DNA of 64,000 nucleotides from an uncultured virus (IMG/VR IMGVR_UViG_3300030109_002631) (Duplodnaviria; Heunggongvirae; Uroviricota; Caudoviricetes), in IMG/VR virus record IMGVR_UViG_3300030109_002631, positions 1 through 64,000 of that record, one strand, 5' to 3'. The translations under genes and the position numbers were made by a program. The notes below the pieces were generated by a model that was not told the origin of the DNA, did no database searches, and saw nothing but the letters and a program-made list of their open reading frames with translations. Shown piece by piece: positions 19,514 through 30,042 of this stretch (position 1 is its first letter; each line of letters starts with the position of its first letter).

Positions 19514-22500
19514 TCATAATTGCACCCACACTGGCCAATAATAGTTAGTTCCACTAACAGTTGCGTAACAATATCCTTGTGGAGCGAAACCATTACCTGC
19601 CATATCGAACATTTCAACTGGTGCACCACTTATCCATGTAACTGGAGCAGCACCCATTAATGGAGAACCACCTGCACCTGCTTGACTGATAGTAGTACCT
19701 CCACCACCACCACCACCTGATGCTCCTGTAGTTCCCTGTGAACCTTGTGAACCATTTGAACCACCAGCTCCTTGAGTTCCACCAGCTCCTTGAGTTCCTG
19801 TTGTACCTTGAGTTCCTGCACCAGTAGCTCCTTGTGAACCTTGACTTCCTGTACCTCCAGAACCAGATGTACCTTGAGCTCCTTGAGAACCTGTTCCTCC
19901 GTTATTACCTCTAATACCTTGCGTACCTTGAGCACCGGGGTCACCGGGTGGTCCTTCAACACCTTGTCCACCTACTGTACCTTGAGTTCCTGCACCTGTA
20001 GTACCTTGTGTACCTGTAGTACCTGTAGTACCTTGTGGTCCTGTGCTACCTATTGGTCCTCTAACTCCTTGTATACCTTGAGCTCCTTGAGAACCTGTTG
20101 CACCCTGAGTACCTTTATCTCCTGATACAGAAAATGCTACAGTAATTCTTTCACCATTACTGAAAGGTGGATTACCTGACCCAACTAATGGAACAACCTC
20201 TATCCTGAAATAACCTGTTTGTTCAGAAATTGCTGTTACGTGGAACGAAGCATATGACGAATCACTACTATCAGCAGATTGTATAACTAAAGTACCTTTG
20301 ATTGTACTTGAAGAATCATCCCACGTACGCATCCATGCTTGTTGGTCATTACCATCTTCATCATCATCGTCAATCATTAATCTGCCAATACTACTGAAAG
20401 TAGCGTTGTCAAATCTAATGTCCCCTGCACCGGGGTCGGAATCAGTAGTAGAAGTATCGAAGGTCCATGGTGTTCCACCTCTATCACCAGAACCATCAGT
20501 TCCTTGAGTTCCTGTTGTACCTTGTGAACCTGTTCCACCACTAGAACCAGCAGTACCTTGAGAACCAGTATTACCATTATTTCCTTGAGTACCAGTTGTA
20601 CCTTGAGAACCAGTAGCTCCATCAGTTCCTTGACTACCGTTACTTCCATCAATACCTTTAATACCTTGAGTTCCCTGAGATGCACTACCACCAGATATAC
20701 CTTGAGCACCTTGTGAACCAACACCTCCTAATTCTCCTCTTATACCTTGAGTTCCTTGAGTTCCATCTGTTCCTTGTGTACCAGTTGTACCTTGTGTTCC
20801 TGTAGTTCCCTGAGTTCCTGTAGTTCCCTGAGTTCCTGTAGTACCTTGTGTACCTGTAGTTCCTTGTGTACCAGTTGCTCCTTGAGTTCCAGTTGTTCCT
20901 TGTGTACCAGTTGCTCCTTGAGAACCAGTATTACCTGTAGTACCATCAGTACCTTGAGTTCCAGTATCTCCCTTTATTCCTTGAATTCCCTGTGCGCCTG
21001 TAGTACCTTGTGCGCCCGTTGTACCTTGAGATGCACTACCACCAGATGTACCTTGTGTTCCTGTAGTTCCCTGAGTTCCTGTAGTTCCCTGAGTTCCTGT
21101 AGTTCCTTGTGTACCAGTCGTTCCTTGTGTTCCAGTAGTTCCTTGAGTTCCAGTTGTTCCCTGTGTACCAGTTGCTCCTTGGCTTCCTGTATTACCAGTA
21201 TTTCCGTCAGTTCCTTGTGTACCCGTAGTTCCTTGAGAACCAGTAGTTCCATTATTTCCTTGAGTACCTGTAGTTCCTTGTGCTCCATCTGTTCCTTGAG
21301 TACCATTTGTACCTTGTGTACCATCTGTACCTTGTGTTCCTGTGGTTCCTTGTGTTCCATCTGTTCCTTGTGTACCTGTTGTACCTTGGGTTCCAGTATC
21401 ACCAGTATCTCCTTTAATACCTTGAACTCCTTGAGCACCAGTATCACCGTCTGTTCCCTGAGTACCAGTTGCACCTTGAGCTCCCGTATTACCAGTAGTT
21501 CCTTGGGTTCCATTTGTTCCTTGTGTACCAGTAGTTCCCTGTGTACCTTTATCACCAGTTCTACTAAAGTCTAAAACTATCCTTTCACCATTACTAAATG
21601 GTGGATTGCCTGAGCCAACTAATGGAGTAACATCTATCTTAAAATAACCTGATGCCTCACTAACTCCTGTTACTTGCATCGATGCATATGATGTATCACT
21701 GCCATCAGCAGACTGTATGATTATAACACCTTCGACTGTACTAGATGAATCATCCCATGTCCTCATCCACGCTTGTTGGTCGTTACCGTCTTCGTCGGTG
21801 TCGTCTATAAATATTTTTGAAACACTACTGAATGTAGCATTGTTAAACCTAATATCCCCTGAACCGGGGTCTGAATCACTGGTAGAAGTATCGAATGTCC
21901 ATGGTGTTCCTCCACGATAACCTGTAGTTCCTTGAGCACCTTGAGCTCCTGTATTACCTTGTGAACCACCTGTAACTGTACCATCTGTACCTTGTGTTCC
22001 TGTGGTTCCCTGTGTTCCTATAGGTCCTTGAGTACCTTGAGCTCCTTGAGTTCCTGTTGTACCTTGTGTACCTGTAGTTCCCTGAGTTCCAGTAGTTCCT
22101 TGTGTACCTGTAGTTCCTTGAGTTCCATCTGTTCCTTGTGTACCAGTTGTACCTTGAGTTCCTGTTGTTCCTTGGGTTCCATCTGTTCCTTGTGTACCTG
22201 TTGTACCTTGGCTTCCAGTATCACCAGTATCTCCTTTAATACCTTGAATACCTTGTGCTCCCTGTGTACCTGTAGTTCCTTGAGTTCCAGTAGTTCCTTG
22301 TGCACCATCTGTTCCTTGAGTACCATCTGTACCTTGTGTTCCATCTGTTCCTTGAGTACCTGTAGTTCCTTGTGTACCTGTAGTTCCTTGAGTACCTGTT
22401 GTACCCTGAGTTCCATCTGTTCCTTGTGTACCAGTAGCTCCATCAGTTCCTTGTGTTCCCGTAGCTCCTTGTGTACCATCTGCACCTTGAGTTCCTACAG

Positions 22501-23833
22501 CTCCTTGAGTTCCTGTAGTTCCTTGTGTACCTATAGTTCCCTGTGTACCTTGAGTTCCTGTAGTTCCTTGGATTCCCTGTGTACCTTGTGTTCCATCGGT
22601 TCCTTGAGTACCTGTAGTTCCTTGTGTACCAGTTGTACCTTGTGTTCCATCTGTTCCTTGGGTTCCATCTGTTCCTTGTGTACCAGTAGCTCCTTGTGTT
22701 CCAGTAGTTCCTTGAGTACCTGTTGTACCCTGTGTTCCGTCTGCACCTTGAGTTCCTGTTGTACCTTGAGTACCTGTAGTTCCTTGTGTACCAGTTGTAC
22801 CTTGTGTTCCATCTGTTCCTTGAGTTCCATCTGTTCCTTGTGTACCAGTAGCTCCCTGAGTACCTGTATCACCAGTGTCTCCCTTTATACCTTGAATACC
22901 TTGACTTCCTTGTGTACCATTTGTTCCCTGAGTTCCCGTTGTTCCCTGCGTACCCGTAGCACCCTGAGAACCAGTTGTACCTTGTGTACCATTTGTACCT
23001 TGTGTTCCTGTGGTCCCTTGTGTACCATTTGTACCTTGTGTGCCTACAGCTCCTTGAGAACCTTTATCTCCAGTTTGAACAAAAGTAATTACACAATCAT
23101 CACCATTAGAAAAACTACCATTATGGTCTACATACTGAACTTGGACTTCTTCGTAGGCTGTTACTCCTGTTCCTCCACCTACATTAGCTCCAGTTATATC
23201 TAAGTTTACCCATTTAGTAGAATCATCTGTTTTAAATATTCTTAAATGACCTCGTGTGGTGCTATCACCATCATCTAAAGCATCATTCCATGCACTAACA
23301 TCAACAGAATTAATATCGAAATCTGAAATACCTACTTTAGAAATTAAAGCGTAATTAGGTACACCTCCTCCACCGGGTAATGCTAGATTAAATCCAAAAT
23401 TAGTTGACCCCGGTGAGCCAGCAGTAATGTCAAAACTGCTGTAATTAAATTCTTGGCTGTTACCACCAAAAAGACCTTGCTTTCCTTGCGTTCCTTGCGT
23501 TCCTTGAATTCCTTGAATTCCTTGCGTTCCTTGCGTTCCTGTCGTTCCTTGTGTACCAGTTGCTCCTTGAGAACCTTGAGTTCCTGTAGTTCCTTGAGAA
23601 CCTTGACTACCAGCAGTTCCTTGTGTTCCTGTAGTACCAGTAGTACCTTGTGTTCCTACAGCTCCTTGAGATGCAGTAGTACCAGCAGTACCTTGTGTAC
23701 CCTGTGCCCCTTGTGCACCCAAAGCACCTTGAGTCCCTTGACTGCCTGATTGAACTTTAGACAAGACCCAATTCTTGGTTGCGGTTCCGATTTCTCTACT
23801 TTGTAATTCTTTTCTTAATTGTCTACTGGGCAT
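19514..23833 (-). CDS. Collagen-like (Gly-Thr-Gln) virion fibre protein
   Basis: 1439 aa with hundreds of G-X-Y triplets (GTQ/GTT/GTD/GAQ) interrupted by three related globular domains; directly downstream of MCP. Confidence 0.9.
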   Translation of the reverse strand: MPSRQLRKELQSREIGTATKNWVLSKVQSGSQGTQGALGAQGAQGTQGTAGTTASQGAVGTQGTTGTTGTQGTAGSQGSQGTTGTQGSQGATGTQGTTGTQGTQGIQGIQGTQGTQGKQGLFGGNSQEFNYSSFDITAGSPGSTNFGFNLALPGGGGVPNYALISKVGISDFDINSVDVSAWNDALDDGDSTTRGHLRIFKTDDSTKWVNLDITGANVGGGTGVTAYEEVQVQYVDHNGSFSNGDDCVITFVQTGDKGSQGAVGTQGTNGTQGTTGTQGTNGTQGTTGSQGATGTQGTTGTQGTNGTQGSQGIQGIKGDTGDTGTQGATGTQGTDGTQGTDGTQGTTGTQGTTGTQGTTGTQGADGTQGTTGTQGTTGTQGATGTQGTDGTQGTDGTQGTTGTQGTTGTQGTDGTQGTQGIQGTTGTQGTQGTIGTQGTTGTQGAVGTQGADGTQGATGTQGTDGATGTQGTDGTQGTTGTQGTTGTQGTTGTQGTDGTQGTDGTQGTDGAQGTTGTQGTTGTQGAQGIQGIKGDTGDTGSQGTTGTQGTDGTQGTTGTQGTTGTQGTDGTQGTTGTQGTTGTQGTTGTQGTTGTQGAQGTQGPIGTQGTTGTQGTDGTVTGGSQGNTGAQGAQGTTGYRGGTPWTFDTSTSDSDPGSGDIRFNNATFSSVSKIFIDDTDEDGNDQQAWMRTWDDSSSTVEGVIIIQSADGSDTSYASMQVTGVSEASGYFKIDVTPLVGSGNPPFSNGERIVLDFSRTGDKGTQGTTGTQGTNGTQGTTGNTGAQGATGTQGTDGDTGAQGVQGIKGDTGDTGTQGTTGTQGTDGTQGTTGTQGTDGTQGTNGTQGTDGAQGTTGTQGNNGTTGSQGTTGTQGTDGNTGNTGSQGATGTQGTTGTQGTTGTQGTTGTQGTTGTQGTTGTQGTTGTQGTSGGSASQGTTGAQGTTGAQGIQGIKGDTGTQGTDGTTGNTGSQGATGTQGTTGTQGATGTQGTTGTQGTTGTQGTTGTQGTTGTQGTTGTQGTDGTQGTQGIRGELGGVGSQGAQGISGGSASQGTQGIKGIDGSNGSQGTDGATGSQGTTGTQGNNGNTGSQGTAGSSGGTGSQGTTGTQGTDGSGDRGGTPWTFDTSTTDSDPGAGDIRFDNATFSSIGRLMIDDDDEDGNDQQAWMRTWDDSSSTIKGTLVIQSADSSDSSYASFHVTAISEQTGYFRIEVVPLVGSGNPPFSNGERITVAFSVSGDKGTQGATGSQGAQGIQGVRGPIGSTGPQGTTGTTGTQGTTGAGTQGTVGGQGVEGPPGDPGAQGTQGIRGNNGGTGSQGAQGTSGSGGTGSQGSQGATGAGTQGTTGTQGAGGTQGAGGSNGSQGSQGTTGASGGGGGGGTTISQAGAGGSPLMGAAPVTWISGAPVEMFDMAGNGFAPQGYCYATVSGTNYYWPVWVQL
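19730..23740. repeat. Degenerate 9/18-bp tandem repeats encoding collagen triplets
   Basis: Repeated units such as CCTTGAGTT/CCTGTAGTT/CCTTGTGTA. Confidence 0.9.
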
Positions 23834-23870
23834 TGGAACTCCTCACAAGGAACATGTGAAAATATATAGT

Positions 23871-23891
23871 GGAGGGATTAAGGCTCCCTCC
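23871..23891 (-). terminator. Hairpin after the MCP gene
   Basis: GGAGGGA-TTAAGGC-TCCCTCC inverted repeat between MCP and the collagen gene. Confidence 0.45.
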
Positions 23892-23934
23892 GAGCCTATC
23901 TTAATTTAATTAAACAATAATCTAAACTAAGTAT

Positions 23935-25041
23935 CTAACCTGAAGCACCGTTGATGAAAATACATCCAACTTCTGGGCGTATAATCTTCAAACCGTATCT
24001 CATAGACATGTATGAACCAACAATTCCAAATCCGGGATTTGCTTCTTCAACTGTCAATGGTCTTCTTTCTACATAAACCATAGGTTTAGTTCCCAAATCG
24101 AATACTGCGAATCGAGTTGAAGGAACCCATGCGTTTACAACAACTGTTAAACCGTAGATGCTTCCTACGACTCCTGTTCTTGCAGTCTCAGAGACTGGTG
24201 AACCGGGCATCATAGCAGCGGTCGTTGGGTTTTGAGCTGCACCAGCTTCTCCTTGTCCTGCTGTGAAAGCAGTTACGAAGTCACCGAGGTCCAATAAGGA
24301 CTTGTAGTGAGCTGGGGAAATGAACAAGTGAGTTGCAGTGTATCCACGTGCACCTACTCTGTCAATTCCGTCTGTTATGTCAGAAAGAGCGAGGTTTCCA
24401 GCAGTGTCGCCAGCTGCACGAACGTAGGAGTTTCGTATTAATCTTGTGGAACTTTCGTTACCATAAGAGTTTACACGTGAACTTCCGCTGTCAATGTCTG
24501 CGGCTACGATTCCAGTTCCGTAGAATCCAGAGTATGGATTGCTTGCGAAAGTGGTGATTGCTGATTCTGCTGTAGTTTCGTCGATTTGGATGGTTCCAAA
24601 TGTTGAGTTAGCTGCGTGAGCACCGAAGACGACTTTCACAACATTGTCTGTCATATGTCTGTCTACGGCTCGGCGAGCTTCATTCAAAGCCATTTCTACT
24701 TCGTTGAATCTTGAATCTTCAATCATTCTGCGGGTTACACCTACTGCTATACCCCATTCTTTCACAGAGATACGCTCGGAGCGTAGCTTTGTGTGTTGGT
24801 ATTGCGGGGTGGTTCCCTCGTCAATTTGTTCTAGCTTCATGCTAGGTCTGTTCAAAGTAATATCAATATTACCCCCTGTGTCAGTAGTCATTGATTCTGC
24901 AAAGAATTGCATTACTGGAAGGTCTGTGACCTTGTAGTCCATTATTGCGTCTTTGTAATCAATCAATACTCTTTCACCGAGTCCGCCGTTGACGGACCCT
25001 GTGTTCAGGGTTGTTAGTATACCGGGTGTTGCATCAACCAT
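23935..25041 (-). CDS. Major capsid protein (HK97 fold)
   Basis: 368 aa with EQIDEGT, WGIAVGVTRRMIEDS and GSIYGLTVVVNAWVP patterns; follows the protease and decoration genes; GGAG SD. Confidence 0.9.
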   Translation of the reverse strand: MVDATPGILTTLNTGSVNGGLGERVLIDYKDAIMDYKVTDLPVMQFFAESMTTDTGGNIDITLNRPSMKLEQIDEGTTPQYQHTKLRSERISVKEWGIAVGVTRRMIEDSRFNEVEMALNEARRAVDRHMTDNVVKVVFGAHAANSTFGTIQIDETTAESAITTFASNPYSGFYGTGIVAADIDSGSSRVNSYGNESSTRLIRNSYVRAAGDTAGNLALSDITDGIDRVGARGYTATHLFISPAHYKSLLDLGDFVTAFTAGQGEAGAAQNPTTAAMMPGSPVSETARTGVVGSIYGLTVVVNAWVPSTRFAVFDLGTKPMVYVERRPLTVEEANPGFGIVGSYMSMRYGLKIIRPEVGCIFINGASG

Positions 25042-25061
25042 GTTAATCTTCTCCTAAGTAT

Positions 25062-25448
25062 TTAACCCCACAGGACCAATTGTAATGAGGCTGCACCTGA
25101 GTGCGCACCGCTTGGGTCGATGTAGGTTCCTACAGCGACGGATGAAGCGCTTGCTTGTCCAAGGTTACCGTCAGCTAATGTAGCTACACCGTCTCCTCTT
25201 CCTACAGTTCCAGATACGTACATGTTTAATACAATACCTTTTCCTGTTATTACGCTTGCTATGTTTCCAGATGCGGCGTCAGTAAAAGCGACTCCAACAG
25301 GCATAACATTATCTGCTGATGCTATTGTGTCTACTTCTCCATCTCCACCCATTTGAAGGGCATATCCTGCGGTTATTGCGCTACCAGCTGTGAAAGGAAT
25401 AATCCTTGCTGGTGCACCACCATCATTAACTAAAATCTCTGTTGCCAT
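25062..25448 (-). CDS. Capsid decoration/cement protein
   Basis: 128 aa, Gly/Ala-rich beta-tulip-like sequence between protease and MCP. Confidence 0.7.
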   Translation of the reverse strand: MATEILVNDGGAPARIIPFTAGSAITAGYALQMGGDGEVDTIASADNVMPVGVAFTDAASGNIASVITGKGIVLNMYVSGTVGRGDGVATLADGNLGQASASSVAVGTYIDPSGAHSGAASLQLVLWG

Positions 25449-25450
25449 TT

Positions 25451-26716
25451 TTAGTTCTCCTTAATATCCTTGAGGATATTCTTGTCAAGGGTAATTCTAC
25501 CATTGACCATCTTTACGGCGAATTCTCTTTCGGTTTCAGCAACTGGTGCACCTTCTGGTGCTTTGCCTTTTCCGAATGAGCGCTCGACGTCTGCTTGAGG
25601 TTCTGGTATTGCTGCCAAAGCCTCGCTGAATCCAGTCAGCTTCATCTCATCCCATGCGGAGAGTTCCTCTACACGAGCATCCTTGTTCTCTTCTGGTATA
25701 GTACCAAATAAGAGTTCTTTGGATATGATTGCATCAACTGCTGCTAGTTTTCTAGCTTCTGCTTCTTCTGCGGTTCTCTTTTCTTCAGCTTCTTGGAACT
25801 TCTCTAATTGTTTTAGAGCATCCTTGTACTGTTTCTCGATTTCCTTTTTGGAAGCTTCTGCCTCTTCTAGCATTGTACGCAGTGACGCGAACTCGCGCTC
25901 GACAATGTTCTCTGCATCGGATTTCACGTTGGTTTCTTTAACTTCTTCAGTCATAATTTCTACCTCTGTTTTCCCGTCTTCACATTCACATGCTGTGTGT
26001 TCACCACCACAACCGCAGTCATGGTCGTCATCCTTAACATGTAATTCACATTCCGTTTCTATTGTACATTCTTTACAGACGGGGTCCATCGATTTATTAT
26101 CGATAAAACTTACCTCCGTGGGACGTATTTTAGTGGCGAATGTATCGCCCATCACATCTACATCGTTTGAAAACCAATCGATGCTTACATGTGTCATGTC
26201 CCCGTCTTTCACTTTATCCATTGCTTCTTGACCTCTACCATGTGTATTATTAATGGTGGCCAACATTTTCACTGCTGTCTTTCCGTTATCCATCTTGATT
26301 AGCTCAGGCTCAGTAGCCATGCCGATTAAATCCTCAGCTGTTCGTTGATGGTCTATATAAATGGGGAGTTCGCTGAATTTCTCTAGACTGTCCTCCAGCA
26401 TACTTCCCTCAATATAAACTTTTTGTTCTTGCCCATCTGCCTCATATTCATGAGGGCCGGACGTAATGGCGATTACGGGAAATTCCACGGTGGTTACCCC
26501 GTCGCTCTCTGTAAGTGTAAAATCCGCACTATCTTCAACAGTTAATGCAAATGACCTACGAACTGGTTCTTTGGGGGTTGTCCTTCCGAATTCCCGCTCT
26601 ACGCCATTTTCCTCAGCCCAAATACTACACATATTCTGAGCTTTCTCGGTGTGATTATCAAAACCACGATTTTCTAGCGTTTTGCTAACAGTCGTTACAC
26701 ATTTGTCGTATGTCAT
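25451..26716 (-). CDS. Prohead protease with C-terminal scaffold
   Basis: PIYIDH, VSIDW and EVSFID motifs of HK97-type protease, followed by a Cys/His linker and an acidic coiled coil. Confidence 0.85.
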   Translation of the reverse strand: MTYDKCVTTVSKTLENRGFDNHTEKAQNMCSIWAEENGVEREFGRTTPKEPVRRSFALTVEDSADFTLTESDGVTTVEFPVIAITSGPHEYEADGQEQKVYIEGSMLEDSLEKFSELPIYIDHQRTAEDLIGMATEPELIKMDNGKTAVKMLATINNTHGRGQEAMDKVKDGDMTHVSIDWFSNDVDVMGDTFATKIRPTEVSFIDNKSMDPVCKECTIETECELHVKDDDHDCGCGGEHTACECEDGKTEVEIMTEEVKETNVKSDAENIVEREFASLRTMLEEAEASKKEIEKQYKDALKQLEKFQEAEEKRTAEEAEARKLAAVDAIISKELLFGTIPEENKDARVEELSAWDEMKLTGFSEALAAIPEPQADVERSFGKGKAPEGAPVAETEREFAVKMVNGRITLDKNILKDIKEN

Positions 26717-28020
26717 TTTCTATCTCCCGTTGCGTTTGCGGACGGCTTGTTGCCTCGGTTTTGTGCTCTCGCACTTTCTTCCTTTTTATCTGTATCCTTT
26801 CCACCAGATACATTTGCGTTCTTACTACTCTTAGTAGGTTTAACTTCAGCTCTTCCTTCTGTAGTTATTTCTTCTACTTGATTCTCTAACACTTCTGCCC
26901 CTTCAGGGTCAAGACCTCTCTCTTCCCTTACTTCACCGGGCGACAACACTCCTTCAGACAGATAAATCATATCAGTCTTTGCTTTAGTAAACGCATCTTC
27001 TACATTGATTTGCCTAAACTTAAACTTAGCTTCACCACTTTCTAATTGTGGTAATAGCTGAGCATTTAGGGCTCCTTCAATCATTGTTTGTAAGTATCTA
27101 ACATAAGGCTCAAAAATAGGTCGAGCCTTTTCTGGGTCAGTCCACATTGTCCTTGGCACTTTAAGCGCCATGTGGATTTTGTCTAATATATCATCGGTAT
27201 ATTTACCATATTCGAATGCTCTTTGTGTGCCCTGCAATTCTTTGATAACTATATCGTTACCGTGAATAATATCTTCACCGGGCTCTAATCCATTAAAAGC
27301 ACTAACTATCTCATTAATTTTATCTGGACCATATGGCATATCTGGTAGACCACATGATATATCAAAACGTGATGTAGCATATTTATTTAGAGCAGCTCCT
27401 ATGTCTCGCTCTGCATAATCTTTTAAATCTACTAAATAGAGAATAGGATGAATATCGCTTAATCCATAAGCATAGTCATCAAATTCATTATTTTTAAGTT
27501 CTATTATCTCATCGGCTTCAAATCTAACATTTTCTTTATCAGCGCCTGTATCTTGATAATAATACATTATTTGTCCATGTTCGTCGCGTTGCACATACAT
27601 ATTCTGAGAAGACCTTACGACTAAATTGTCGCCTGTCCACTCCATATATCCTGTTCCAAAAATACGTGCATTCCTTACCCACGCATATAGAGTCTGCTCT
27701 ATATTTATATCCCTAAACATTTCTTCCACTTCTTGTCTTAAGTCGTCATGTTCAGTTACTATATCAAAATTATCTTTGACTGCGTAAAAACAAGGAAGGT
27801 CGATTAATCCTCGAACTATTGGGTCAGACAAATATACATTCATATAAGTTCTATTGTTACCTATATGGGATTCATAATCCTTTATCTGGTAGCCCCCTTG
27901 TCTCTGTAATTTGATGCGTTTTATAATACCCGCACCGAAACTACGTGGGTCATCTTTTTTAAACGGCGGATTGCTTCCTGTGGTTGCAAAACGTCGCCTA
28001 ATATTATCTATCAACGACAT
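26713..28020 (-). CDS. Portal protein
   Basis: 435 aa; NARIFGTGY, YGLSDIHP and GVLSPGEVREERGL portal motifs; sits between TerL and protease. Confidence 0.9.
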   Translation of the reverse strand: MSLIDNIRRRFATTGSNPPFKKDDPRSFGAGIIKRIKLQRQGGYQIKDYESHIGNNRTYMNVYLSDPIVRGLIDLPCFYAVKDNFDIVTEHDDLRQEVEEMFRDINIEQTLYAWVRNARIFGTGYMEWTGDNLVVRSSQNMYVQRDEHGQIMYYYQDTGADKENVRFEADEIIELKNNEFDDYAYGLSDIHPILYLVDLKDYAERDIGAALNKYATSRFDISCGLPDMPYGPDKINEIVSAFNGLEPGEDIIHGNDIVIKELQGTQRAFEYGKYTDDILDKIHMALKVPRTMWTDPEKARPIFEPYVRYLQTMIEGALNAQLLPQLESGEAKFKFRQINVEDAFTKAKTDMIYLSEGVLSPGEVREERGLDPEGAEVLENQVEEITTEGRAEVKPTKSSKNANVSGGKDTDKKEESARAQNRGNKPSANATGDRK

Positions 28021-28045
28021 GGCTATTTAATATTAATATAATATA

Positions 28046-28059
28046 GTATATAAAGCTTT
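28046..28059 (-). promoter_or_regulatory. BRE-TATA promoter for a leaderless portal/head operon
   Basis: AAAGCTTTATATAC ending ~26 nt before the portal ATG. Confidence 0.7.
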
Positions 28060-28061
28060 TG

Positions 28062-29750
28062 TTATATATTACCTAGATTTGGTTTATTTAGGCGCATATT
28101 TCTTCTTTTTACACGTGCAAAGGGCGCTGCGCTTCTATTTGACATGTGTTTTCCAGCCGCTCTATTCTGAGAAACATTACCTCCACCAAACGAACCACCA
28201 GCAGACGCTGGAAGCATTGTAAGTGTAGCATGTAAAGCAATAACACTACTATCACAGTAATCATCATGTTTTCCATCAGGTGCTGCTATCCTTTCTGTTT
28301 TATTAGCTGCATCCATAACGTATTGTAACTCTATATGTTCTCTTATCCATTTGTTAACACACTTAGCTGCATATCCTGTTAAGAACTCAGGATTAGGAAT
28401 CTTTACTCTTCTTTGTTGAATATACGACTGATAATCTCTATAGGCTTGAGTTTTACTACCTTTTGGGCCACCAGTAAATACGAACGGTATAAAATGTATA
28501 GAAGCATTTATGCACGCCACCCGTAAATCTTGTTCAATAGCACCACCAATACCAGTAGCGTCGATAATGACCCTATCAGCACCCAGCCCAACGGCAACGT
28601 CCATGATACGTTGACGCTGATATGGAATATCGTGTCCACCTGTTCTAGGATTGATTTCTTCAATGTAGATAAGCCTTGCATGATTAGCTTCTTCTCCCTG
28701 CTCCAATTGCCAACCAGAGATAACAGTAGAATTAACTGACTTCCCAATGTCAACACCAACAGTGATAGGTAGGTCACCTTTTCGAAACGACTCCAAGTTT
28801 TCGGGATAAGTAATGTCATGTCCATCATAGCACGCTTTTATTTTGCTTGGATTAAATATATTCGATACACTCTCTACAAACTCACATTCATACTCAGTTC
28901 TCCAATAAACTGAATCCTCTCCCCATTCTGTCATTTTATCTAACATTTGTCTTTCAGTGTAAGGAGCCTCGTATGCTGCTCCCGGTTTCACTGCATCCCT
29001 CCATGTATAGTGTAATCTTGTAAATGTTTCAGCATAAGCTTCATCATAAAGGTAACGCCACATATGGTTATCTTTAGATTTAGGTGTTCCCAAATTAATA
29101 AAGGGAGCTTTGTTAGAAACTATAGCTGGTTCTACATTATCAATAAAAAGCTTATCGTCAATCAACGGAGATTCGTCAACTATACAGAATGTTGGATGTT
29201 GTCCACGTATAGCTTGACCTTGATTACTTGGGGCTAAAGGTGCACGTCTCATTATTGTACCACCTTTCATTGTAATACTAGGTTTGTTATGGAATCTATA
29301 ATTCTCAACTAGACTATTTAACATGTTACTATCAGCGAAATGTCTATATACATAATTAAAAATTAACGCTGCTTGGTCCTCTGAAGGAGCTAGAACAAAT
29401 ATTAAATCTCTAAAACGATTAAAGAACATGTAGATAACTACTGCTACTGACAGGGCGAATGATTTTCCACTTCCACGCGGAGCTAAGATAGCTACTTTAC
29501 GTTGCTCTCCATCTGCTCGATGAATTAATGATTTAACGATAATATCTAATTGAAGAGGGCGTAACATTAGAGCTCTTTGTTTATTATCTAAAAGGTATGA
29601 TTTACAAAAACCTTTGACAAGTGCAAGCATTTTCTTTTCATCTTGTCTACACTTTTCGAATATATTCTCTAATTGTCTTGAATCATAGGCCCCTTTCCCC
29701 GTCATCGCGGCTCTTAGGGTCTTTGACTCGTTCTTCACTGTCATCGTCAT
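28062..29750 (-). CDS. terL: Terminase large subunit
   Basis: Walker A APRGSGKS, Walker B CIVDES, coupling motif LGTP, RNase H nuclease GVDIG...IDATGIG...HDDYCDS. Confidence 0.95.
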   Translation of the reverse strand: MTMTVKNESKTLRAAMTGKGAYDSRQLENIFEKCRQDEKKMLALVKGFCKSYLLDNKQRALMLRPLQLDIIVKSLIHRADGEQRKVAILAPRGSGKSFALSVAVVIYMFFNRFRDLIFVLAPSEDQAALIFNYVYRHFADSNMLNSLVENYRFHNKPSITMKGGTIMRRAPLAPSNQGQAIRGQHPTFCIVDESPLIDDKLFIDNVEPAIVSNKAPFINLGTPKSKDNHMWRYLYDEAYAETFTRLHYTWRDAVKPGAAYEAPYTERQMLDKMTEWGEDSVYWRTEYECEFVESVSNIFNPSKIKACYDGHDITYPENLESFRKGDLPITVGVDIGKSVNSTVISGWQLEQGEEANHARLIYIEEINPRTGGHDIPYQRQRIMDVAVGLGADRVIIDATGIGGAIEQDLRVACINASIHFIPFVFTGGPKGSKTQAYRDYQSYIQQRRVKIPNPEFLTGYAAKCVNKWIREHIELQYVMDAANKTERIAAPDGKHDDYCDSSVIALHATLTMLPASAGGSFGGGNVSQNRAAGKHMSNRSAAPFARVKRRNMRLNKPNLGNI

Positions 29751-30042
29751 CTACTAACTCCATCATCATTGAAGCGAAATCTTCGCTATTTTTCTCTGCT
29801 ACGGTAGGGACTTGGATATTCAACGCTCTGAATTCTGTATGTATGTCCTTAACGATTGCATTTCTTTGGCGCAAGAGCTCTGTTCTAGCGTCAACATCCC
29901 GAATAGATACAAGAACTTCCGCCCACAAAATATCTTCAAGAGCAAGATTGCGCGCCAGCAGCAGGACAAGCTCTTTATGACGTTCATATTCAGCCTCTCC
30001 TACTCTCTGACGTAATCTTTGCTCGTATTCCTCTACGTTCAA
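29683..30042 (-). CDS. Putative terminase small subunit
   Basis: 119-aa helical protein overlapping the TerL start. Confidence 0.55.
   Translation of the reverse strand: MNVEEYEQRLRQRVGEAEYERHKELVLLLARNLALEDILWAEVLVSIRDVDARTELLRQRNAIVKDIHTEFRALNIQVPTVAEKNSEDFASMMMELVDDDDSEERVKDPKSRDDGERGL

Noticed and set aside
19657..23749. Long alternative-frame and antisense ORFs (Cys/Ser/Leu-rich or ELKVHK-rich) over the collagen gene
   Set aside because: Shadows of the 9-bp collagen repeat, with no SD or promoter support
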